Assembly (NCBI GenBank): GCA_029856155.1
Contig: JAHQWL010000085.1
Coordinates: 29,846-93,845, forward strand
DNA length: 64,000 nt
From: Promethearchaeia archaeon
Lineage (GTDB): Archaea > Asgardarchaeota > Lokiarchaeia > Sigyniarchaeales > SOKP01
Reading direction: 5' to 3'
Each line of letters starts with the position of its first letter. The stretch's first letter is position 1. Below the pieces are notes generated by a model, which worked only from the letters and a program-made list of their open reading frames with translations, made no database searches and had not been told where the DNA came from. Positions 1-10,202 of the stretch are shown here, one piece after another. The position numbers and the translations under genes are program-made.

Positions 1-55
1 AAAATATAAAGAAAATAATTGATTAAAAATCAATATACCAAAATTTGAAAAAATC

Positions 56-412
56 ATGAATAATAATGAAATTTCTGAGATAACTGCCAATTTCTTTATT
101 TTGTATAAGGATGAGGAAAATTGGCTAGACGGGTGGATTTCATTGGATCCTTCGCTGGAAGAATTTATTTCTGTTCTTCGAGAAGAGATTGAATATTCAT
201 GGGAATTAGAAAATGTTGATATGTCTGATTATTTGTTGTTCCATATTGATCTTGATGATAAAAATAATTTGAAAGAAATTGAAGATAATGAATACTATCA
301 GTTAGTTAGACAACTTCAAGATATTTTCATTGTAGTGCTACATAAAGATATTAAATATCGTATAATCGAAAATATCCCTCCTGTATTTGAGTGGTTTATG
401 GGAGCATTATAA
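56..412 (+). CDS. Hypothetical acidic protein
   Basis: 118-aa ORF with ATG start, co-directional with the next gene; no recognisable motif. Confidence 0.6.
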   Translation: MNNNEISEITANFFILYKDEENWLDGWISLDPSLEEFISVLREEIEYSWELENVDMSDYLLFHIDLDDKNNLKEIEDNEYYQLVRQLQDIFIVVLHKDIKYRIIENIPPVFEWFMGAL

Positions 413-427
413 AATAGGGCTATAAAT

Positions 428-1174
428 TTGAATTTCTTACAAATTCTTCTCATCATTTTCGGGATTATAATAGCATTAATTCTAATTTTTGGTTTACCTC
501 GAAAAAAGAATTATAGGAAACCTAGTATTGAAGGTCTTGATAGTCCTGAAGTTGCAGCAGCATTCGAAAAAATGACTAATTTTCTACCATTCAAGCTCTT
601 AAGAAGAAAAGTGTTATCTCAATTGAATTTATATAATCCTATTGGAACACTCGTTGATATAGGGTGTGGATCAGGGAATTTAATTGTTGAAATAGCTAAA
701 ACTTATCAAGATCTTAATCTAATAGGAGTCGATATATCTGATGAAATATTGGATTTGGCAAAAAAGAGAGCCTTTGAAAACTATTTAAATGAAAGGATAG
801 ACTTTAGATTAGGAAATGTTGAACATTTACCATTTCCAGACAATTCAATAGATTTTTTGCTAAGTACTTTTTCTCTCCATCATTGGCAAGACCCCTTACG
901 AGCCTTTAATGAATTTTTTCGCGTTTTAAGAGACGAAGGCACTTTATTAATTTTTGATTTTCGTAGAGACGCAAGGAAATTTTTCTACGGGTTATTAAAA
1001 TTTGCTACTAAAATAGTTGTTCCTAAGGCTTTAAAGAAAATAAATGAGCCAATAGGCTCTCTACAAGCAGGATATACTCTTAAAGAGATTAGACAAATAA
1101 TTTCTCAATTACCTTTTAATAATGTAGAGACTAATCCATTTCTAGCTTGGACATTTATTTATATGAAGAAATAA
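428..1174 (+). CDS. Class I SAM-dependent methyltransferase (UbiE-like) with N-terminal membrane anchor
   Basis: Motif I VDIGCGSG, GVDIS, LPFPDNSIDF, FSLHHW; hydrophobic N-terminus. Confidence 0.9.
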   Translation: MNFLQILLIIFGIIIALILIFGLPRKKNYRKPSIEGLDSPEVAAAFEKMTNFLPFKLLRRKVLSQLNLYNPIGTLVDIGCGSGNLIVEIAKTYQDLNLIGVDISDEILDLAKKRAFENYLNERIDFRLGNVEHLPFPDNSIDFLLSTFSLHHWQDPLRAFNEFFRVLRDEGTLLIFDFRRDARKFFYGLLKFATKIVVPKALKKINEPIGSLQAGYTLKEIRQIISQLPFNNVETNPFLAWTFIYMKK

Positions 1175-1328
1175 ATAATAGATCAATTGATTTTATTATT
1201 ATTATTTTAGACTCATCTTATTATAATGAATATGAATTTAGAATTTTGAAAAAATCTTAATTGTGGATATAGGTACTCAACGAAGAACCCTCATTCTTGT
1301 GACTCAATTTAGATTGACAAACAAAATA

Positions 1329-1865
1329 TTATTTATTAGAGGATTTATAAATATGTGACACTAATTTAGAAAAAAATTCTTCCACTCCAGAACCAATTTT
1401 AGCGCTCGATTCATGATATGCGCAAACTTTCAATTGCTTTTTAAGATTTTGAGCCTCTTCTTCTCCAATTATTCTTTTTTTACTAGTTATTAAATCGAGC
1501 TTATTTCCAACAAGTACACTTGAAAATCCTTTGATAGCTTTTTCTATTTCATTTTTCCAACCATTTATATTATCAAATGTTTGCTTTCTAGTTAAATCAA
1601 AAACATAGACTATTCCTTTAGCTCCTTTATAAAATTCATGTCTAACCCATTTAAAGTGTTCTTGCCCTGCTAAATCCCATATCTGTAAGGTAATAGGAGT
1701 CTTAACATTAGGAATTTTAATATATTTTGCAAAAAAATTGGAACCTATCGTAGAGCTTACATTTGGGTTAAATCTCCTTTCTAAATATTGGTGAAGCAAA
1801 GTTGTTTTACCTACTCCAAAATCACCAACTATACATATCTTATAAAAAGGAATTTTTAAACCCAA
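1329..1865 (-). CDS. Rab-like small GTPase
   Basis: G1 GDFGVGKT, STIGSNF, G3 WDLAGQE, G4 GNKLD, G5 ESSAK; no C-terminal Cys. Confidence 0.95.
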   Translation of the reverse strand: MGLKIPFYKICIVGDFGVGKTTLLHQYLERRFNPNVSSTIGSNFFAKYIKIPNVKTPITLQIWDLAGQEHFKWVRHEFYKGAKGIVYVFDLTRKQTFDNINGWKNEIEKAIKGFSSVLVGNKLDLITSKKRIIGEEEAQNLKKQLKVCAYHESSAKIGSGVEEFFSKLVSHIYKSSNK

Positions 1866-2093
1866 CCTGTATTCTATAAATGGACTTAATTAATTTAATG
1901 CGAATTTAATTTATAATTTTATCTTGTATAGAGAAAGTTTAAAAAAAATTTAGAAAGTAAGATAAATCCAGTAGGAAATAATTCGCTGATATATAATCAC
2001 CTTCCATCATAATAAAGCTAACTAGATATCATAAAGTGAAAACTTAATTTTGGAAATAAAATTATTATTAATAAATATTCAAAATGAATAGCA

Positions 2094-2774
2094 TTGAAGC
2101 AATCCTTTGAAATTAATATTGTCTATGACGATAAATGCCCTAAATCAGGATTCTTAACGGGTTTTGGGTTTTCTTCCTTAATATATAATTATTTTACAGG
2201 AAATTTTTCTTTATTTGATACAGGTGGAAATGGTACTATTTTAATCCATAATATCAAGGAATTTAATGTGGATCTCTCAGAGATAAAGAATGTTATAATT
2301 TCCCACAATCACCATGATCATGCTGGAGGATTAGCAAAAATACTTCAAAATAATCCTCTTATAGATGTCTATGTTCCAATTGATGACTTAAAATCGTTTT
2401 TGAGAGTATTTCCGAATAAACAAATTCATGGAGTCTCAAAAATGATAGAAATTGAAAAAAATCTCTTTATATCAGGTCAGTTTAAAGGAAGTTTTAACTC
2501 AGAGCAATCAGTTTTTCTAAAAACTAATGATAATGAGTTAATTATATTGGTTGGTTGCGCGCATCCAGGTTTAGAAAAATTTATCATAAAAGCTCAGAAT
2601 ATTTCAAGAATTAGAGCTATAATCGGGGGATTTCATGGTTTTAAAAAATTATCCTATTTAGAAGATATTGAATTTATAGGAGCTTGTCACTGCTCAAAGT
2701 ATTACAATTTTATAAAAGAGACGTTTCCAAGGCAATTTAAGCGTATCTGCGTTGGAGATAATTATCGCTTTTAA
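2094..2774 (+). CDS. MBL-fold metallo-hydrolase
   Basis: LFDTG, SHNHHDHAGG, GCAHPG, GGFH and CHC motifs. Confidence 0.9.
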   Translation: MKQSFEINIVYDDKCPKSGFLTGFGFSSLIYNYFTGNFSLFDTGGNGTILIHNIKEFNVDLSEIKNVIISHNHHDHAGGLAKILQNNPLIDVYVPIDDLKSFLRVFPNKQIHGVSKMIEIEKNLFISGQFKGSFNSEQSVFLKTNDNELIILVGCAHPGLEKFIIKAQNISRIRAIIGGFHGFKKLSYLEDIEFIGACHCSKYYNFIKETFPRQFKRICVGDNYRF

Positions 2775-3052
2775 AAGCAAAAAATTTGATATTAGTATCA
2801 ATTTTTTCTATTGTTTTTTATTAAATTCGGATCTTTTATCTTTAATTTAGATCTTTAGAGTTAACTTAAAAGATTATTATATGATTATAAATTAATATTT
2901 TATTAATTCCAAGTCTTTTGGTTTAATAAATGGTTTTTCTCCTTTCTAATGCTCATTAGGTGATAGATAATCTTGAGCAAATTAGGGATGACTAAAAAGT
3001 TTAAATATAATGAAGCCTAATAAATTTAATAAGAACATTAAGTTAAAAAAAA

Positions 3053-3613
3053 ATGGATCTATTCCCTGCGTTATCAATTGGATGGTTGAATGGTTGGATA
3101 TTTCAAGTAATCTTCTTTATTTCATTTGGTATCTTTTTACTAACTTGTTCAAAAGAAGTAATTTCACGGCTTTATGATGAAGAAGGATGGAATAAATTAC
3201 AGCAAAGATTTACAAAAATCGCAAAAATTTTTGGTTTAATTGCTCTGATATTATTCATTTTTACTCCTTTGAATATTGGTACTCTAGAGTTTATTATTGG
3301 GGTTGTTCTAATAGTTACTGGAACAATAGGATTTCTTATAGCAATAAATAATTTTAAAAATTCACCAATTAATAAACCGATAACTACTGGATTATATAAA
3401 ATTTCTCGTAATCCTCAATTAGTTATGATGTATTTAACGTCATTAGGAAACTGTTTAGTAATTGGATCTTGGACAGCATTAATTATTTTTTGTTTATCGA
3501 TAATAGCAGGACATTTTCGAATTTTAGGAGAAGAAAAAAGGCTTACTGAACAGTATGGCGATTCATATTTAGAATATAAAAAAAAGATTCCAAGATATCT
3601 CATATTTTTTTAA
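3053..3613 (+). CDS. Isoprenylcysteine carboxyl methyltransferase/PEMT-family membrane protein (copy 1)
   Basis: TM helices; TTGLYKISRNPQ, EEKRL..YGDSYLEYKKKIPRY. Confidence 0.85.
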   Translation: MDLFPALSIGWLNGWIFQVIFFISFGIFLLTCSKEVISRLYDEEGWNKLQQRFTKIAKIFGLIALILFIFTPLNIGTLEFIIGVVLIVTGTIGFLIAINNFKNSPINKPITTGLYKISRNPQLVMMYLTSLGNCLVIGSWTALIIFCLSIIAGHFRILGEEKRLTEQYGDSYLEYKKKIPRYLIFF

Positions 3614-3631
3614 GAAAAAGAAAGTGAAAAT

Positions 3632-4192
3632 ATGGATTTTGTACCTCAATTTGGCATAGGATGGTTAAATGGTTGGCTTCCTTTTGTAATCTATGTTTCA
3701 ATACAATCTATTGTGACATTTACTTGTCCAAAAGAAGTAAGAAGAAGGTTAATTGAAAGAAAAGGATGGACAAAAACACAAATATTTATGACGACGATAG
3801 GTAAATCATTTAGTCTTATTAATATTATTTTATTATTTCTTTCACCGTTAAAATTTGGTTCTGTCGAATTTTATATTGGGATCATTTTATATTTTATAGG
3901 AATAATAGCATTGAGCACTGCAATAATTAACTTTAAAAATGCACCCTTAGGAAAACCAATTACTAATGGATTTTATAAAATTTCCCGTAATCCACAATTA
4001 TTCAGTATTTATATTATTTTTCTCGGACATATACTTATGATTGGGTCATGGATATCATTAATTATACTTCTAATTTCAATTATAGGCTCATATTTTAATA
4101 TATTAGGAGAAGAAAAACAACTTTATGCGCAATATGGTGATTCATATTTAGAATACAAAAAAAAAGTTCCACGATATTTTATATTTTTTTAG
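3632..4192 (+). CDS. ICMT/PEMT-family membrane protein (copy 2, paralog of copy 1)
   Basis: Same length (186 aa) and motifs: IGWLNGW, GFYKISRNPQ, YGDSYLEYKKKVPRY. Confidence 0.85.
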   Translation: MDFVPQFGIGWLNGWLPFVIYVSIQSIVTFTCPKEVRRRLIERKGWTKTQIFMTTIGKSFSLINIILLFLSPLKFGSVEFYIGIILYFIGIIALSTAIINFKNAPLGKPITNGFYKISRNPQLFSIYIIFLGHILMIGSWISLIILLISIIGSYFNILGEEKQLYAQYGDSYLEYKKKVPRYFIFF

Positions 4193-4236
4193 AATATACA
4201 GATTATAAACAACAGGATTACAATTGGTGAATTAAA

Positions 4237-4854
4237 ATAATAGAAACAATATTTATAAAATTCTTTTTTATTATTTGTATAATTTTATTTTTAGCTGGAT
4301 TTTTTTGGCCTATCATTCTTGTTAAAAAAAGTGGAAAAGATCCTCATGGTACTCATGAGGGTTCATTATTATTAACGAGGTTAAGCTCAGTTTCTATTTT
4401 CTTGTGGCTTGGTCTCATAATTTTATATATCTTTCTCAATAGTATAATAGAGCGTTTATGGCGCTTGAATTTCTTATCTAATGATATTTCAGTCATAATT
4501 GGAATGATTATGATTTCATTAGGCTTTCTATTTGAAATATTAGGAATCAATGCCCTCGGTATAAACTTTAGGATTGAACTCCCTACAGATGATACCGAGC
4601 TTATCACTTATGGAATTTATAGAATAATGAGAAATCCTATCGTTTTTGGAATTTTTTTGCTCGTCATTGGTTCTTTTCTAATTATTCCAACGGTGATTGC
4701 ATTATTTATATGTATATTTAATATTCTTACGTTTAATTCAAAAGCTATTGATGAAGAAAGATTTTTGCTCCAAGCATTTGGTGAAGATTTTAAAAACTAC
4801 TTGAATAAAGTAGGAAGGTATTTACCTTTTAGAATTTCAAGAAATAAAGAGTAA
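4237..4854 (+). CDS. ICMT/PEMT-family membrane protein (copy 3); start probably upstream of the TTG at 4402, at a non-canonical ATA/ATT
   Basis: GIYRIMRNPI, EERFL..FGEDF..Y..KVGRY. Frame open from 4231, encoding an extra TM helix (FFFIICIILFLAGFFWPIIL); GGTGA RBS at 4226-4230. Start position uncertain. Confidence 0.75.
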   Translation: MIETIFIKFFFIICIILFLAGFFWPIILVKKSGKDPHGTHEGSLLLTRLSSVSIFLWLGLIILYIFLNSIIERLWRLNFLSNDISVIIGMIMISLGFLFEILGINALGINFRIELPTDDTELITYGIYRIMRNPIVFGIFLLVIGSFLIIPTVIALFICIFNILTFNSKAIDEERFLLQAFGEDFKNYLNKVGRYLPFRISRNKE

Positions 4855-4877
4855 AAGCATATCAAAAATAAATTACA

Positions 4878-5528
4878 GTGAGTAATATGTCAATTTTATG
4901 GTTAATCAGATTAATTTTAATGGGATTTCTATTCATTCTTGCAGCTATTTTTGCTTACTTTCTTAAAAATCGAGAAAAATATTCAAGTCTTTTAGAAAAC
5001 ACAACTATAAATCTGTTTTCAGTCATTTTATTTAATGCTTTTTGTTATATATCTATGATAATACCTTCTGATGAGAGTGTAATAGCTAGACCTCCACTTT
5101 TTAATCATGCTTTAAATCTTAGATGGTTTGATATATTAGGTTTGATTATGATGATTTTTGGTGTTCTGATAATGTTGAGAACTATTTTCATTCGTAAAGC
5201 TGTTGGAGCACAAGATACTGCTGGAAAGTTATTAACTAAAGGTATTTATTCTTTTTGCAGGCATCCTATATACTTTGGTATTATAATGGTTTCTCTAGGA
5301 TTAGGTTTAAGAAGAATTAATGTAGATGGATTGATTATATATCCATTAATTCTACTAGCTAATTTTATTCAAGCAAAATTGGAAGAAGTATTTGATGTGG
5401 GAGTACGCTTTAAGGAAGAGTATTTGGAATATAAAAAAAAAATAAGAATATTTGGACCGATTTGGTTTTGGCTTGTACTTTTAATCGTTTTAATCTTACC
5501 GCTTATAATATCTATTTTAAATCCATAA
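4878..5528 (+). CDS. ICMT/PEMT-family membrane protein (copy 4)
   Basis: LLTKGIYSFCRHPIYFG, LEE..RFKEEYLEYKKK. Confidence 0.85.
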   Translation: MSNMSILWLIRLILMGFLFILAAIFAYFLKNREKYSSLLENTTINLFSVILFNAFCYISMIIPSDESVIARPPLFNHALNLRWFDILGLIMMIFGVLIMLRTIFIRKAVGAQDTAGKLLTKGIYSFCRHPIYFGIIMVSLGLGLRRINVDGLIIYPLILLANFIQAKLEEVFDVGVRFKEEYLEYKKKIRIFGPIWFWLVLLIVLILPLIISILNP

Positions 5529-5564
5529 GAATAGTAGTTATCTTTTTCAAACTACAATAATTCT

Positions 5565-5783
5565 TTAAAAACGTTTTTTCATCCAAATAACATATTGTAT
5601 TCTAGTAAATAATAGGATTCCCGCAAGGAGCAACGCTATTCCTATAGACATTAGAACTGGAGAAGCTTTTTCTGGTGAATTTAAAACACTTATAATCCAA
5701 ATAACAAGGAGAATAATTGCTATGAAAATTATAATTAAAGAAATATTTCTAAATTTTTTGTCGAATCTATTCAATTCTTCCAT
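5565..5783 (-). CDS. Small two-TM membrane protein
   Basis: 72 aa with two hydrophobic helices. Confidence 0.6.
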   Translation of the reverse strand: MEELNRFDKKFRNISLIIIFIAIILLVIWIISVLNSPEKASPVLMSIGIALLLAGILLFTRIQYVIWMKKRF

Positions 5784-5905
5784 TTTTATAAAAATAATAA
5801 TTTGTAGTATTCAAATAAAATCCATATTAAACTTAATATACATATTAAAATTAGAAAAAAAATGTTTACATTCAATATTTAGGCAATTTTTGACTTGAAA
5901 AGAAA

Positions 5906-7972
5906 ATGAATATATTAAAGGAAGGTACAGTATATACACCTGAAAATATTGCAAATTATATTGCCAAAACGGTAATCGAGAAGTATCTGCTTAAAAAAAT
6001 AAATAATAAGTTCTCAACAGAAGTATCGAATTTAAAGGAATTATTTGATAAAGATTATCAAAATAATAATACTAACAAAAAGTTTGAAGGCTTGTCTATT
6101 ACTAAAAGTGATAGAGTCCAATTTAAATATATTTTTGAACTATTAAATTCTCTAAAAATCTTAGATCCTGCTGTAGGCAGCGGACACTTTATTATTGCTT
6201 CGTTAGAGTTTTTAGAGGGCTGTTATCTTAACTTGAAAGATTTAGGAATAATAAACTGGCCTGAGTATAAAATCAGAGAGTATATTATATCAAATAGTTT
6301 ATTTGGTGTTGATATTGAAATTGAAGCTATTGCGGTTACTACAAGGAGATTGTTGTCAAGACTTTATGATTTAAACACTAACAAAAAAAATATTAAGGTT
6401 TTACCTAATATTGATTCCAATTTTAAGGTAGGTAATGCGATAGTTGGTTTTTTAAGACATTCGGATATTTGTATTCCGGATTGTACAGATTTAAATTCTT
6501 GTTTTTATGAGGAAATAAAGAGTGTATTTGAGACTCACAAGGATTTAAAGAAAATTGAATTAACGGAAAAACAAAAGAAAGCAATGCTATTAAATTTAAA
6601 GCCATTTCATTGGTTTCATGAATTTCCAGAAATTATGGAAAAAGGGGGTTTTGATGTAATCATTGAAAATCCACCATATATCTCTAACAAGCAGTTGAGT
6701 TCTCTCGAGAAGGCAATATATCAAAATAGATATAAAACACCTAAAGGATTAATGAATGTTTTTGGAATTTTTATAGAACGGTCTATTAATTTATGTCATC
6801 AATCTTCAATAGCAAGCTTTATACTTCACAAAAATATAATTCGGTCAAATAATTATGATTTATTGAGAAAATATCTTTTAGAACACACTACAATAGAGGA
6901 AATCATTGATGCAGGAGCTCGAGCTTTTCATTCAGTAACAGCTGAAACGGTAATTATTATTTTAACAACAATAACTCCTCCAGAAGATCATAAAATATTA
7001 ATAAAAACTAATTTCTTAAATCAAAAAAATCATACAGCTAAAGATGTTTCATTAAAGCAAATTGCCCAAAAAACATATTTGGAACAAGAAAATTATAATT
7101 TCAATTTAGAACTCCAATATAACGAGCTTGAAATTATTAATTATATAAAAGAAACAAAAGATTGTGATTTAATCAATTATTTTGAAGCTAAAACTTGTAT
7201 AGCTACTGGAGATGATGAGAAATTTCTGGCAAATCATAAAGTAGATAAATCATATAAGAAAACTCTAAAAGGTAAGAATATCGGGCGTTATTATATAGAT
7301 TTTGATGGATTATATGTACTATACGATGCAAAAACCCTTCATAGGTCAAGAGACGAGGCTATATTTCAAACTACTGAAAAATTGGTTATGCAAACAATTA
7401 GCTCAAATCTTACCGTAGCATATGACAATAAGAATTATTATCCTTTAAGCACATGTATCGCGATAATTCCAAAAGTTAATACAAGTAATCGTTTTAGTAT
7501 AAAATATCTTCTTCTATTAATGAATTCGACACTTTTGAATTTCTATTATGATTTTGTATTTAATTTGGGTGCTCATTTGACTACAGAAATCTCTGTAAAT
7601 AATATAAATCGATTACCACTCAAGTCACTCCAAAATTATGAAACTTTTAATATTTTGGCAGATTTAATGAATTCTATGAATGAAAAAAAGGCTTTAAGAG
7701 AAGATAACAAAGATTATATTGACATTTTAGAAGATTTAATTAACATCTTGATTATAGAGGTAATTTTTTCCTATAAATTTCAATTAGATGGCTTAAATAC
7801 ACACTTACTCAACCGAGTATCTCAATATATTGTTAATAGGAATTTAAATTCAATTGCACAGATTCAAGAATGTATTAAAAACATACAAGATGATGAGGAT
7901 ATCCATATCGAAAGGCAATATATCAAAAATCATCCTTGGGTTAAAATTGTAAAGAAATATTTTAAAAAATAG
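5906..7972 (+). CDS. N6-adenine DNA methyltransferase (Eco57I/TaqI-like, with C-terminal target-recognition domain), apparently orphan
   Basis: VYTP, ILDPAVGSGHF, FDVIIENPPY, TaqI_C-like region; no N-terminal nuclease domain and no adjacent endonuclease. Confidence 0.88.
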   Translation: MNILKEGTVYTPENIANYIAKTVIEKYLLKKINNKFSTEVSNLKELFDKDYQNNNTNKKFEGLSITKSDRVQFKYIFELLNSLKILDPAVGSGHFIIASLEFLEGCYLNLKDLGIINWPEYKIREYIISNSLFGVDIEIEAIAVTTRRLLSRLYDLNTNKKNIKVLPNIDSNFKVGNAIVGFLRHSDICIPDCTDLNSCFYEEIKSVFETHKDLKKIELTEKQKKAMLLNLKPFHWFHEFPEIMEKGGFDVIIENPPYISNKQLSSLEKAIYQNRYKTPKGLMNVFGIFIERSINLCHQSSIASFILHKNIIRSNNYDLLRKYLLEHTTIEEIIDAGARAFHSVTAETVIIILTTITPPEDHKILIKTNFLNQKNHTAKDVSLKQIAQKTYLEQENYNFNLELQYNELEIINYIKETKDCDLINYFEAKTCIATGDDEKFLANHKVDKSYKKTLKGKNIGRYYIDFDGLYVLYDAKTLHRSRDEAIFQTTEKLVMQTISSNLTVAYDNKNYYPLSTCIAIIPKVNTSNRFSIKYLLLLMNSTLLNFYYDFVFNLGAHLTTEISVNNINRLPLKSLQNYETFNILADLMNSMNEKKALREDNKDYIDILEDLINILIIEVIFSYKFQLDGLNTHLLNRVSQYIVNRNLNSIAQIQECIKNIQDDEDIHIERQYIKNHPWVKIVKKYFKK

Positions 7973-8303
7973 TAATTATTGTAAAAGAAAAATTTTGATA
8001 ATACTTTATTATTTACCAATTATTTCTTAATACCTTAATTGAATCTCTCATTACCATTATTGTCTTAATATTCAGCTAAATTTTCTTTTTCCACTATTAT
8101 ATTAATAAAAACCTTTAGACCACGATCATTATCAACAAGAGTTTTGTTTAAAAATAGGGATTAGATTTTAGAAAGAGTAATCCAAATTGCATAAAAGCAA
8201 TCTGCAAGCTTTGACACATACCACCTCTGATATTAAAGTTTTAAACCTATTTTATAACATTGGTTATCTATAATAGCATCTGTTAATTTAATAGCATGAT
8301 ATT

Positions 8304-8786
8304 ATGTCAAAAAACAATTCTTCGCCAGTGAAGGTTAAACTAACTATACAGATTGATAATTTAATCCCTATTTATGAACAAAAAGCGGAATGTGGAATTT
8401 TCTTTAAACTTAATCCAGAAAAATCACCTTTAGAGATTCTTGGTGTATTAGATTTTTTAAAAGATAGGATAAAGAGGTGGGGGAACACAAATCTTTTTAG
8501 TTATCATGGCTGTCTATTCAGTAGAGGTGATGTTCTAATAGTTGGAGCTCGGCATTTAGAAGAAGCTATAAGCATAATAATTTATATGTATTTATCTAAT
8601 GTAGTGGACAATGAAGATGGAATTAATTATCTAATTGAAAAATTAGGTTCTTCAAGTGATCTTGAAATATTTTTAAGAAATGAAATTTCAGAAAATATTG
8701 AAAAAGGATATCCCGCTAACCTTGATTTAGACTCAAAAATTAGGAAATATATTGATGATATTCTTTATAATCAAAATGATGAATAA
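8304..8786 (+). CDS. Hypothetical protein
   Basis: 160-aa ORF with ATG start; abuts the convergent gene. Confidence 0.65.
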   Translation: MSKNNSSPVKVKLTIQIDNLIPIYEQKAECGIFFKLNPEKSPLEILGVLDFLKDRIKRWGNTNLFSYHGCLFSRGDVLIVGARHLEEAISIIIYMYLSNVVDNEDGINYLIEKLGSSSDLEIFLRNEISENIEKGYPANLDLDSKIRKYIDDILYNQNDE

Positions 8787-10067
8787 CTATGAATGCTCAT
8801 AATTATTTTTTCTTCGTTTAATATTTCGTGAAAGGAATATTAGAAATATCAATATTATAGGCCCCAGAAATGTTAAGAACCAATGTATTCCAAATAAATA
8901 TACTTCAAAAATATAACCTGCGATTATAGGGGTTAAACCAAAACCCATACCTATTATAATTTCATTGATTGTGGCATATTTTGAAGTGTTTTCAGCGGTT
9001 CCATATTCTAACATTATCTTTAAACCGACTCCATGGATTAACCCCAAGAATAGACCTGCAATAGCAGTTATAATTGAAATATACCAAATATTTCCAAGAA
9101 GAACAATTGTGAATGTAATTATGCCGACAAAAATAATACTTATTAATGATGCTATTTTTCTACTATAAATTTTCATTGAATTTATCCAAGTTAATCCAAT
9201 AAGTTGCATTACTTGTAACCCGCATTGCACAAGATAGGTAAGGGAGGAAAATTCCTCAGATAAGAGGGCTTTTACTAAAATAGGATAACCAAAAATAAAT
9301 ATTGATTTTGAGATCGCCAAAAACATTATACTCAACCATGAAAAAAGCACAGGATATACAATCATAGGTGTTTTTGAATTAACCACTAAATCCTCTTTAA
9401 TATCTAAGTGAGAAAGAGGATCTTCTGATTGATAAATCACAATTTCTTGTGAAACAAAGGATGTTTCCCCCTTTTTTATAAAAAAACTTACAGGGATTAG
9501 TAGAAATGATAAAGACCAGGAAATAATCATAGCAAAAAAATCACTCCATGAAAATGCCCATAGAAAACCAACAATTAATCCGCTGATGAAGCCCGCATTC
9601 CAACTTAAATTAAAAAAGGCAAAATTCTTTTTTGATTTTTTAGAACTACTTACTTTTCCCCATCGGCTTAAAAGGTTTAAACAGTTTGGCCAATACAATC
9701 CTAATGTCAATCCCAATAAAATCCGACAGATTATTAAGAACCAAGCCTCGGGATAGATAATTTGAAGCCCTGTTAATAAAGGTGTCAAGATGGAAGTTAA
9801 AATAAGAGCATTTCTTATTCCTAAAAATTTTTTTGTAAGCAATTGTCCTAAAATTGGCGCAAAAATATAAGTTATAGCTCCCGCTGATGAAATAAAACCT
9901 AAAATACTCTCTCTAATACCAATATCATAATATAGATAATTATATAAGGCTCTTTCAAAAATAGACACATAAAATAACCTTATAAAGCCAAGTAAAAATA
10001 ATGACCATGATCTATAGTTTACAGAAGCTTGATTTTGGTCTTGAAGAGTCTTATTCGGGGGTTGCAA
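8787..10067 (-). CDS. MFS transporter
   Basis: About 12 TM helices in two bundles; CRILLGLTLG motif. Confidence 0.85.
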   Translation of the reverse strand: MQPPNKTLQDQNQASVNYRSWSLFLLGFIRLFYVSIFERALYNYLYYDIGIRESILGFISSAGAITYIFAPILGQLLTKKFLGIRNALILTSILTPLLTGLQIIYPEAWFLIICRILLGLTLGLYWPNCLNLLSRWGKVSSSKKSKKNFAFFNLSWNAGFISGLIVGFLWAFSWSDFFAMIISWSLSFLLIPVSFFIKKGETSFVSQEIVIYQSEDPLSHLDIKEDLVVNSKTPMIVYPVLFSWLSIMFLAISKSIFIFGYPILVKALLSEEFSSLTYLVQCGLQVMQLIGLTWINSMKIYSRKIASLISIIFVGIITFTIVLLGNIWYISIITAIAGLFLGLIHGVGLKIMLEYGTAENTSKYATINEIIIGMGFGLTPIIAGYIFEVYLFGIHWFLTFLGPIILIFLIFLSRNIKRRKNNYEHS

Positions 10068-10202
10068 AATACTATCCCTTTCCTTGTCAAGGTAAAACGT
10101 AAAATTGTGCTTTATTCAAATACTTTCTTATAAATAAGTAAATATAAATAATTGGATTATTACTTCATATTTACAATATTCTATAAAGGGATCTTTGAGC
10201 AT

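Noticed and set aside
2941-2990. Imperfect hairpin (CTAATGCTCA...TGAGCAAATTAG) upstream of the ICMT array
   Set aside because: No BHB, SECIS or tRNA geometry and only one copy; cannot be supported as a feature.
4228-4230. In-frame TGA as a possible selenocysteine codon
   Set aside because: It is part of the GGTGA ribosome-binding site, has no upstream start or Cys-equivalent context, and no SECIS was recognised.
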